From: Eubacteriales bacterium
GTDB taxonomy: Bacteria; Bacillota; Clostridia; Lachnospirales; Lachnospiraceae
DNA length: 64,000 nt
Assembly: GCA_030536995.1 (NCBI GenBank)
Contig: JAUNOY010000001.1
Span: 35,274-99,273, forward strand
Reading direction: 5' to 3'
A program made the position numbers and the translations under genes. Under the pieces are notes generated by a model. The model was given only the letters and a program-made list of their open reading frames with translations. It was not told where the DNA came from and searched no databases. Below, piece by piece: positions 36,910-44,225 of this stretch. How positions within the stretch are numbered: position 1 is the stretch's first letter; the number at the start of each line of letters is the position of its first letter.

Positions 36910-37221
36910 ATACGTTACCTCCGCTTCTTCGATGAATTTTGGAAATTTAATGATTGACTTATCAAATAGATTTCATGTGATGAATGATAAAAGAACATGC
37001 AGCATCAGATTATTGTATATTCTTACAATAGCACATTAACTATTTATATTCAATCATTTTTTAAATATATTATCCTACTTTACTTAATTTTAATTTCTAT
37101 TATAAAATTTAACAGAAAATTTATTTCATTTTCCAGATAACTCACATCCTCATCTATCCCATAAAACCAGATAAAAAATGAGTCTCTCACGAATGATCGC
37201 CATTGAGGACAACCGTTTTTA

Positions 37222-37256
37222 GGCATAAAACAGCCATGCACGTAAATGCATGGCTG
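37222..37256 (-). terminator. Rho-independent terminator closing the kinase/MazG operon
   Basis: 10 bp stem CAGCCATGCA (37231-37240) pairs with TGCATGGCTG (37247-37256). On the minus strand it is followed by TTTTAT. Confidence 0.75.
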
Positions 37257-37273
37257 CTATGTAAAATTAATAT

Positions 37274-37441
37274 TTAGTTCTTAAATTTATCCTTGAAAAA
37301 ACCAATCAAAATCAAAATAATACCAAGAATTGCTACCGGAATATAAATAACATTGGGTATGTGATAAACAAATCTATCAATTCCAGACATAACGATATAA
37401 ATAATAATTCCCACACTGATTAAAATGCTTTTATCTTTCAT
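37274..37441 (-). CDS. 55 aa two-TM membrane peptide (not in the ORF track)
   Basis: ATG 37441 behind GAGGAG gives MKDKSILISVGIIIYIVMSGIDRFVYHIPNVIYIPVAILGIILILIGFFKDKFKN. It starts 24 nt after the MazG-like stop. Confidence 0.55.
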   Translation of the reverse strand: MKDKSILISVGIIIYIVMSGIDRFVYHIPNVIYIPVAILGIILILIGFFKDKFKN

Positions 37442-37465
37442 AATAAATCTCCTCTACAACTACAT

Positions 37466-37792
37466 TTACCATCGGTTCATGTTTTTCTCAAACTTATTAA
37501 CATATGCAGTCTTTAATTCTTTTGATGAAATATTATAACATAGCAAAACATCATTGTAATACATTAAAACATCAGCTAATTCTTCAATTAGGTCTTTTCT
37601 TAAATCCTCACTTTGACTGGCTTTCAATCCACCATATTTTTTTACAATATCAATTACTTCACCAATTTCACCAACCATCCAAAGCAATTTATTCTGACCC
37701 ACCTCTGGACAAATTGGCTCCCATTTGTCTTTGTACTTATCCTGCAAAGCTCTTTGCATTTTTATCATCTCATTGATTGTAAATTCACTCAT
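37466..37792 (-). CDS. MazG-like all-alpha nucleoside triphosphate pyrophosphohydrolase
   Basis: 108 aa. It has paired acidic metal-binding helices, VGEIGEVIDIV and LIEELADVLMY (E-x2-E ... E-x2-D pattern of the MazG/dimeric dUTPase superfamily). Confidence 0.7.
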   Translation of the reverse strand: MSEFTINEMIKMQRALQDKYKDKWEPICPEVGQNKLLWMVGEIGEVIDIVKKYGGLKASQSEDLRKDLIEELADVLMYYNDVLLCYNISSKELKTAYVNKFEKNMNRW

Positions 37793-37893
37793 ATAATCAT
37801 CCTCTCACAAGTTCTGGTTTTGTAGATTCATTATAACACATCCCTTCAAAACAGAAACACATGACTGCTACACTTAATCCTTATCATTTTACA

Positions 37894-38061
37894 TTATTCG
37901 ATTGCATGTACAAATTCTTCTGTATCAACAAAATGATATGGTTCATACTCGCCATAAGCAGAAGGTCTGCTAATCGTCACAAGCTGACTCTTTTCATATC
38001 CAACTTTGACTTCAATACCTCTCCGCGTTATCTGGATGCTATCGGTTTTTGTATGTATCAA
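37894..38061 (-). CDS. Possible 55 aa ORF between the kinase and MazG genes
   Basis: TTG 38061 overlaps the kinase stop and has no SD. Translation: (M)IHTKTDSIQITRRGIEVKVGYEKSQLVTISRPSAYGEYEPYHFVDTEEFVHAIE. The sequence looks protein-like and fills an otherwise 246 bp gap. Confidence 0.3.
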   Translation of the reverse strand: MIHTKTDSIQITRRGIEVKVGYEKSQLVTISRPSAYGEYEPYHFVDTEEFVHAIE

Positions 38062-38584
38062 TAATAATATTTAGATTTCTGTCCAATGTATCTGCACCAT
38101 CCAATCGTATCACTTTACATTTAAGGGATTTTATCCAGTTCTCATGCTGTTGTAGAGTGCAGCCGCCAATCCCATAGTCGTATCCGGCAATATCACTTAA
38201 CATTCTTTGATGCTCTTCATACATATCTCCACCTTCTAAAACACGTTTGCCAAACTGTTCAAGTTCCCGCTCATATACACGTTTTACACGGATTTTTGCA
38301 TCTGTATGAAGATGTACAACCAATTCAAAACAAAAATCAAAATATTCATGAAATGAATCCATAGAGCCTGCCATTACAAAGTGCTCACAATTTGATATTG
38401 CCTCTTGTAACCTGCTGATTTTTTCAGCCTTGGGATACATTGCAGAAAAAGGAATCTCCGTATCCTTGCGCCAAATATACTCGTCAATATCCACAAAAGT
38501 ATATCCTAATTCTTTGGCTACTAGCTCTCCCAGCGTTGTTTTTCCAGCCCCTGAAGAACCCGTTATCATAATTCCTGTTGCCAT
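38039..38584 (-). CDS. P-loop nucleoside/nucleotide kinase-like protein (AAA_18/FlaR-like)
   Basis: 181 aa from MATGIMITGSSGAGKTTLG (Walker A). Start at ATG 38584, 7 nt after AGGAGG. The longer ORF extending to 38638 is rejected. Confidence 0.65.
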   Translation of the reverse strand: MATGIMITGSSGAGKTTLGELVAKELGYTFVDIDEYIWRKDTEIPFSAMYPKAEKISRLQEAISNCEHFVMAGSMDSFHEYFDFCFELVVHLHTDAKIRVKRVYERELEQFGKRVLEGGDMYEEHQRMLSDIAGYDYGIGGCTLQQHENWIKSLKCKVIRLDGADTLDRNLNIIIDTYKNR

Positions 38585-38922
38585 TATCATACCTCCTAAA
38601 ACAGAAACTGCTTGTGTCTTAACTTTTCTTCCGGTCAAAGCCTGTGAAGATTTGTCAGGTTGTAAAATTCAAAGTTTTCTAATTTAATTCTACCATGAAC
38701 ACATTTATTTTTACAGTACAGACAGCAAAAAACACAAAAGCAGACAACGCAATTTTTCCTATTGCGCAGCCTGCATCTGTTTATTTCGCAGCTTCCGTCC
38801 AAGCCCGCCTCGAAAAGCTCTGCTTTCCTCGGTGTTTGGCTTTCGCCAAATCGTCCACTCGCAATAAAAGAGCGTTCACAAGTAAACTTGCAACGCTCTT
38901 ATTGCTCCTGTACGGCTTGGAC

Positions 38923-40125
38923 TCAATGCTCCAGCATATTCTCAATAAAAATCCCATATCCGCTTGTCGCATCCTGCACGAAAACATGGGTTACTGCTCC
39001 AATGACTTTGCCGTTCTGGATGATAGGCGAGCCCGACATTCCCTGAACGATTCCTCCTGTTTTTGCAAGGAGGAGAGGATCTGTGACATGGATGACGAAG
39101 CTTTTATTGGTATCCTCGTGGTTTAAATCAATTCTTGTAATCTCAGCGGAGTATTCCTTTACCTCACCGTCCACACAGCTAAGGATAGACGCCGGACCAA
39201 TCTCAGCCTCCTGTTTATACGCCACCGGATAAGGTCGCAGAGTTATCCCGTCTCCGGGTGTCTGATGATAGCTGCCAAAAATACCATTCTTACTATTGAC
39301 CTCAATACTCCCCAGAATCCCTCTGGATTCATAACGAATCAGACCTGCCAGCTCTCCGGGACTTCCCTTACATCCCTTTGTCACCGAGAGAACCTGCGCT
39401 TTATAAAGAGCGCCTTTATTAATCTCAAGAAGCTTTGACGTATCTACATCGCTGATTCCATGTCCCAAAGCTCCATAATGTCCGTTTTCATCTACAAAAG
39501 TCAGAGTTCCTATTCCCTGAGTATCATCTCTCACCCAGATTCCCAGCTTATATTTTCCTCTTGCATCCTTCACAGGTGTAACAGATACGGGAACTATTTC
39601 TCCCTCTCGCTTAATCTTCAGAATCACTTTCTCTCCATCCAGCTCATTAAGTTCTTTCATAAGTTCCTTTTTGGTGGAAACTGTTTTATCATTGAACGCC
39701 ATAATGTAATCTCCGGGTTTTACAATATTTTTGGATGGCTCCTGACTCTTTCCCTCTCTTGAAACAATTTTTCCTGTATCTATGATCAGCACACCTTCTG
39801 TTTCCATGTAAATCCCCACCGTACTTCCACTTACCGCTACTTCCCGAACAGTCTGCGGAGTCACTTTTACTTCCTTAAAAGGAATCACTCCCAAAAGCTT
39901 GCAGGGAAGAATATAGCTTTCCTCCTGAGATACTGTGATTGCATCCTCAAACTCCACCAGAGGATTATCCAGAAGCTGTGACACCTTCTCCTCCTGTCCG
40001 CGGCTTACATGAATCTCATCGGGAATCTTTCTGTCCAGATATCTGTACCCCAGAAAAGTTATGGCAAGAAGATCGAGACACAGCGCGCAAAGCACAAATA
40101 TCCGATATTTCTTTCTTCTGTTCAT
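38923..40125 (-). CDS. spoIVB: SpoIVB signalling serine peptidase (S55)
   Basis: N-terminal TM helix, PDZ region, GTLTFVDENGHYGALGHGISD and the GMSGSPIIQNGKVIGAVTHV catalytic-serine motif. Start at MNRRKKY (ATG 40125) behind GAGAGGAG. Confidence 0.93.
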   Translation of the reverse strand: MNRRKKYRIFVLCALCLDLLAITFLGYRYLDRKIPDEIHVSRGQEEKVSQLLDNPLVEFEDAITVSQEESYILPCKLLGVIPFKEVKVTPQTVREVAVSGSTVGIYMETEGVLIIDTGKIVSREGKSQEPSKNIVKPGDYIMAFNDKTVSTKKELMKELNELDGEKVILKIKREGEIVPVSVTPVKDARGKYKLGIWVRDDTQGIGTLTFVDENGHYGALGHGISDVDTSKLLEINKGALYKAQVLSVTKGCKGSPGELAGLIRYESRGILGSIEVNSKNGIFGSYHQTPGDGITLRPYPVAYKQEAEIGPASILSCVDGEVKEYSAEITRIDLNHEDTNKSFVIHVTDPLLLAKTGGIVQGMSGSPIIQNGKVIGAVTHVFVQDATSGYGIFIENMLEH

Positions 40126-40254
40126 CCAGTCACTCCTCTCGTAAAAAATAAGATTTGCATTACCAGAAAAGTCTGTACAGAATATACTGCTTTCCTGGTA
40201 AATAAAAAAAGCATACCGGAGAATCACTTCTCTCCTAGTATGCTTTCTTCATCC

Positions 40255-41946
40255 TTATTTCAATCTTGTATTTTTATGTACTTGTGCCAATTCTTTCATT
40301 TCTCTGGCATTTTCAAGAACTGCATCTGTGATTCTTGTGCCTCCGAGAAGTCTTGCAAGCTCGCGAATAGAATCTTCTCCGCAAAGCTTATGAATTTGAG
40401 TAATCGTTTCTGTATTTTCCAAATGTTTCTCAATTTCGTAATGACAGTCCGCCATAGCTGCAATCTGAGGAAGATGAGTAATACAGAGAACCTGATGATG
40501 ATGCCCGATCACCGCCATCTTTTCGGAAACCTTCTGCGCTGTCCGACCGCTGATACCTGTATCAATCTCATCAAAAATAAGAGTTTCAATGCGGTCCCTG
40601 TCTGCCAAAATCGCCTTGAGTGCCAGCATGATTCTGGAAAGCTCACCTCCGGAAACAATCTTGCCAAGAGGCTTCAGACTCTCGCCCGGATTTGTGGAAA
40701 TTTCATATTCCACCTCATCTGTGCCGTTATCTGAATAATTCTTCTTCCTGTTAAAGGTAATAGCAAACTTTACCTCCTGAAAATTCAAATCATTCAAAGC
40801 TTCTATTACTTTTTCTTCCAGTTGTCTGCTATATTGTTTCCTGATCTTTGATAATTCATCCGAAAGCTTCTCAAGAATCTCTTCTTTCTCAGCCACCTTT
40901 TCTTTCAGGTTCTGGTAATTTTCGTCATATCTGCGAACTTTTTCCAGTTTATCTTTCTGCATCTCCTGATAGGCAAGAATATCGGAAATATGAGGTCCAT
41001 ATTTCGCCTTCAGTCCGTTAATCTGATCCAGACGACGCTCCATCTCGTAAAAAACATCTTCCTCAAAGCTGAACCCGTCAAGATAGGAAGACAATTCCCT
41101 GTTAAAATCATTGAGAAGGCTGTCAACATTGCCCAGAACTTCCTCCATAGGAGAAATCTCCTTATCGAAAGCTGTAACTCTGGAAATCTCCCTGAGCGCC
41201 TTACCTACAGTCTCACCTGCGCCCTCGCCGCTCTCATACCCCGTCAAAGCATGGACAAGCTGAAGAGAATCCACAATCTGTCTTGCATGATTCATCTTCT
41301 TATACTGACTCTCCAGTTCTTCATCTTCTCCAGCCCGAAGTTCTGCTTTCTCAATCTCTTTAATCTCAAACTCCAGAAAAGCGGCTTCGCGATTACGCTG
41401 CTCTTCATCCATATTCATGGACTGCAGTTCTCTCAGACAGGTTCGATACTCTCTGTATGCAGCGCGGACTCTTCCCTTCGCCGGAAAAATCTCATCTCTG
41501 CCGTAAGCGTCCAGAATTGCAAGCTGCTTATCCGGATAAAGAAGAGACTGGTGTTCATGCTGACCGTGAATATCAAGAAGGCAGGCTGCCGCTTCCTTCA
41601 TCCGGCTTACAGTACAGGTTTCTCCGTTTATCTTACTGATGCTGCGTCCCTCCATAATCTTTCTGGACAAAAGCACCTGTCCGTCCTCCGGATAAATATC
41701 AAGCTCTTTAAGAGCTGCCGCCGCCTTCTCATTCTCCACCTGAAACAATAACTCTACCAATGCATAAGGGGCGTTCTCCCTTATCATATTCTTAGACGTC
41801 TTCCCGCCCAGAATAAGCTGCATGGAGCCAAGGAGAATGGACTTACCGGCTCCCGTCTCACCAGTGAGAATATTAAGTCCCGGGCCAAATTCAACTTCTA
41901 TTTCCTCTATAAGTGCAAGATTCTTTACATGCAAATGTGCTAACAT
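40255..41946 (-). CDS. recN: DNA repair protein RecN
   Basis: SMC-like protein with N-terminal GETGAGKSIL Walker A, a long coiled coil and the C-terminal SGGELSRIMLALK signature. Start at MLAHLHVKNL (ATG 41946) behind GGAGGG. Confidence 0.95.
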   Translation of the reverse strand: MLAHLHVKNLALIEEIEVEFGPGLNILTGETGAGKSILLGSMQLILGGKTSKNMIRENAPYALVELLFQVENEKAAAALKELDIYPEDGQVLLSRKIMEGRSISKINGETCTVSRMKEAAACLLDIHGQHEHQSLLYPDKQLAILDAYGRDEIFPAKGRVRAAYREYRTCLRELQSMNMDEEQRNREAAFLEFEIKEIEKAELRAGEDEELESQYKKMNHARQIVDSLQLVHALTGYESGEGAGETVGKALREISRVTAFDKEISPMEEVLGNVDSLLNDFNRELSSYLDGFSFEEDVFYEMERRLDQINGLKAKYGPHISDILAYQEMQKDKLEKVRRYDENYQNLKEKVAEKEEILEKLSDELSKIRKQYSRQLEEKVIEALNDLNFQEVKFAITFNRKKNYSDNGTDEVEYEISTNPGESLKPLGKIVSGGELSRIMLALKAILADRDRIETLIFDEIDTGISGRTAQKVSEKMAVIGHHHQVLCITHLPQIAAMADCHYEIEKHLENTETITQIHKLCGEDSIRELARLLGGTRITDAVLENAREMKELAQVHKNTRLK

Positions 41947-42013
41947 ATTCCCTCCGACAATTTCCGGTTCTGCCCATACGGGCACCAATATTTTCGTCTT
42001 TTGCAGATTGATA

Positions 42014-42077
42014 TGAACAGTTGTTCTGTTCATTTAAGAACATTATAGCACATACGTTCGTCACAAACAAGTGTTCT
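42014..42077. promoter_or_regulatory. Cluster of three LexA-box-like sites upstream of recN
   Basis: Site 1 at 42014-42027: TGAACAGTTGTTCT (perfect GAAC-N4-GTTC core). Site 2 at 42047-42060: minus strand CGAACGTATGTGCT. Site 3 at 42064-42077: minus strand AGAACACTTGTTTG. Confidence 0.55.
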
Positions 42078-42079
42078 TT

Positions 42080-42535
42080 TTATTTTTCGTCTAAAATATT
42101 TCTAAGCTTTTCCACCACGCCGAGAGCCTGATCTGAATTCTTCGTCGCGCACATGATTGTATCATCTCCTGCGATACAGCCCAGAATCTCCGGCCATTTC
42201 AAAGCGTCAAGAGCCGCCGCTACTCCCATTGCCATTCCCGGAACAGTCCGTATCACAACAAGATTCTGTCCCACATCCATATTCAGGAGAGCATCCTTTA
42301 ACACACGGGTATATTTTTCCCCAAGTGTGTTTGGCTCATTGTGCAGGATCGCATAACGGGATTTCCCGTCTTTCCCTGCCACCTTCGTCATTTTCAGGGC
42401 GCGTATATCACGGGAAACCGTAGCCTGCGTCACCTTGAAGCCAGCCTCATTTAACCTTGCAGCCAGCTCCTCCTGTGTATCTATATCATATTGATGAATC
42501 AATTCTATTATTTTTTCGTGTCTTGCAACTTTCAC
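42080..42535 (-). CDS. argR: Arginine repressor
   Basis: 151 aa. GTG start follows TAGGAGG by 6 nt. It has a wHTH (TQEELAARLNEAGFKVTQATVSRDIRAL) and the C-terminal GTIAGDDT-type motif (CIAGDDTIM). Confidence 0.92.
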   Translation of the reverse strand: MKVARHEKIIELIHQYDIDTQEELAARLNEAGFKVTQATVSRDIRALKMTKVAGKDGKSRYAILHNEPNTLGEKYTRVLKDALLNMDVGQNLVVIRTVPGMAMGVAAALDALKWPEILGCIAGDDTIMCATKNSDQALGVVEKLRNILDEK

Positions 42536-42545
42536 GATCCGCCTC

Positions 42546-43406
42546 CTAACTGTCACGCATTTTCCGGCGCAGCACCTCGACAAAACTCAGATGATTCAGT
42601 TTCAAAATCCTGGTCTTTACCCTCGCCTGACGAATCTCAATACAGTCTCCTGTTACCATTGGCACAAATGCATCTCCGTCAAAAGAGGCAAGCCCCGTTT
42701 CACAGTCTACATGTCTGCCCTTGCCAATCTCCACAGTAATCACATCATCTGCCGGAAAAATAATACTTCTGGTATTCAGTGTGTGAGGAGCAATCGGCGT
42801 CATAATCATCATTGCAGCATTTGGCGATACGATCGGTCCGCCTGCAGAAAGGCTGTATCCGGTAGATCCGGTGGGTGTGGAAACAATAATTCCGTCTGCA
42901 TTATAAGAATTAAGATATTCGTCGTTCACATAGTTTTTAAAACGGACAACCCTCAGATGACCGTCTCTTCCTATTACGATATCGTTCAGGGCAATTCCCT
43001 CTCCGATAAGCTCCTGTCCGCGAAATACCCTTCCGCTTAACATCATCCGCTCTTCCACTTCGTAATCTCCTGCCATAAGCTGGTCAAGAGCCGGATAAAG
43101 AGATTGTATATCCACTTCTGCCAGATAGCCGAGATTTCCCAGATTAATACCAAGAAGAGGAATCTCTTTATGAACCACATCCCTCGCTGCCTGCAAAAGA
43201 GTTCCGTCTCCTCCGAGAACAATGATACATTCTGTATTATCCGGAATCAGTTCAGGATCTGTATAATGATAATTTCCGCTGCCGCCACGTCTGGCATGCT
43301 GAATACGGCACTCTTTTCCGTGCTGCCCGATATAGTCCGCAATTTTTCTGGTAATTTCCTGTTTCGGATCCTTATCACTGTTGGTAATTATATAAAACCT
43401 GTCCAT
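42546..43406 (-). CDS. nadK: NAD+ kinase
   Basis: 286 aa with the GGDGT motif (VLGGDGTLL), NLGNLGYL and the STPTGSTGYSLSAGGP motif. Confidence 0.95.
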   Translation of the reverse strand: MDRFYIITNSDKDPKQEITRKIADYIGQHGKECRIQHARRGGSGNYHYTDPELIPDNTECIIVLGGDGTLLQAARDVVHKEIPLLGINLGNLGYLAEVDIQSLYPALDQLMAGDYEVEERMMLSGRVFRGQELIGEGIALNDIVIGRDGHLRVVRFKNYVNDEYLNSYNADGIIVSTPTGSTGYSLSAGGPIVSPNAAMMIMTPIAPHTLNTRSIIFPADDVITVEIGKGRHVDCETGLASFDGDAFVPMVTGDCIEIRQARVKTRILKLNHLSFVEVLRRKMRDS

Positions 43407-43415
43407 AGTCTTTCC

Positions 43416-44225
43416 TTAATCCAGTTGGCCATGAGCCTTCGCAACAATCTCCTCCACAGATACGGTGAGACTGTCCGGCACTTCCGTTCCTTCCGGATGC
43501 TTCTTAAGATGAAGGAGATACTCAATATTTCCCTCCGGTCCCTTAATTGGTGAAAAGTCAAGGTGCATCGGTTCCATAGAGATACTCATGGCAAAATCTT
43601 TTACTTTGCAGATAACCTCTTCATGTACTGCAGGATCGCGCACCACGCCTTTTTTGCCCACCTTTTCTCTTCCTGCCTCAAACTGAGGCTTAATAAGGCA
43701 GACAATCTCTCCCTCCTCTGTAAGAAGATTCCTTACAGGACCAAGAACCTTGGTAAGAGAAATAAAGGAAACATCAATAGAGGAAAAATCCGCAGGCTCC
43801 TGAATATCCTCAGGTGTCACATATCGGATATTTGTCTTTTCCATGCAGACAACTCTTTCATCATTTCTCAGCTTCCAGTCAAGCTGACCGTATCCAACAT
43901 CAATGGAATACACCTTCACTGCGCCATTCTGAAGCATACAGTCTGTGAAACCTCCTGTGGAAGCTCCCACATCCATGCATACTTTTCCATCAAGGGAAAC
44001 ATCAAAGTTATTCATAGCCTTTTCAAGCTTCAAACCGCCGCGGCTCACATAAGGGATAACCTTCCCTCTTACTTCAATTTTTACTGTTTCCGGAAACATT
44101 GTTCCTGCTTTTTCTTCTTTTTCGCCGTCTACATAAACTTCTCCGGCCATAATGTATGCTTTCGCTTTTTCCCTTGAAGGTGCAAGGGAACGCTCCATCA
44201 TCAGCATATCCAATCGTTTCTTCAT
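43416..44225 (-). CDS. tlyA: TlyA-family rRNA (cytidine-2'-O)-methyltransferase
   Basis: 269 aa with an S4 domain followed by a FtsJ-like methyltransferase domain with DVGASTGGFTD. Confidence 0.9.
   Translation of the reverse strand: MKKRLDMLMMERSLAPSREKAKAYIMAGEVYVDGEKEEKAGTMFPETVKIEVRGKVIPYVSRGGLKLEKAMNNFDVSLDGKVCMDVGASTGGFTDCMLQNGAVKVYSIDVGYGQLDWKLRNDERVVCMEKTNIRYVTPEDIQEPADFSSIDVSFISLTKVLGPVRNLLTEEGEIVCLIKPQFEAGREKVGKKGVVRDPAVHEEVICKVKDFAMSISMEPMHLDFSPIKGPEGNIEYLLHLKKHPEGTEVPDSLTVSVEEIVAKAHGQLD

Larger units (their letters stand above)
28288..38922. other. Accessory block interrupting the conserved spo0A-spoIVB adjacency
   Basis: Flanked by spo0A (left) and spoIVB (right), which are neighbours in B. 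subtilis. Contents are non-core, partly decayed, and from about 34940 onward visibly AT-richer. No integrase or transposase is present. Confidence 0.6.

Noticed and set aside
37188-37232. Tiny ORFs in the AT-rich spacer: plus strand MSLSRMIAIEDNRF, and a minus-strand 48 aa ORF MPKNGCPQWRSF... starting right after the terminator.
   Set aside because: They have no SD sequences and lie immediately adjacent to or overlapping a terminator hairpin. They are most likely noise or remnants of eroded genes.
38695-39126. A 143 aa plus-strand ORF, together with 38762-39046 and 38781-38987, at the island/spoIVB junction.
   Set aside because: They have no SD and low-complexity, junk-like sequence. Their 3' halves run antisense through the conserved C-terminus of spoIVB.
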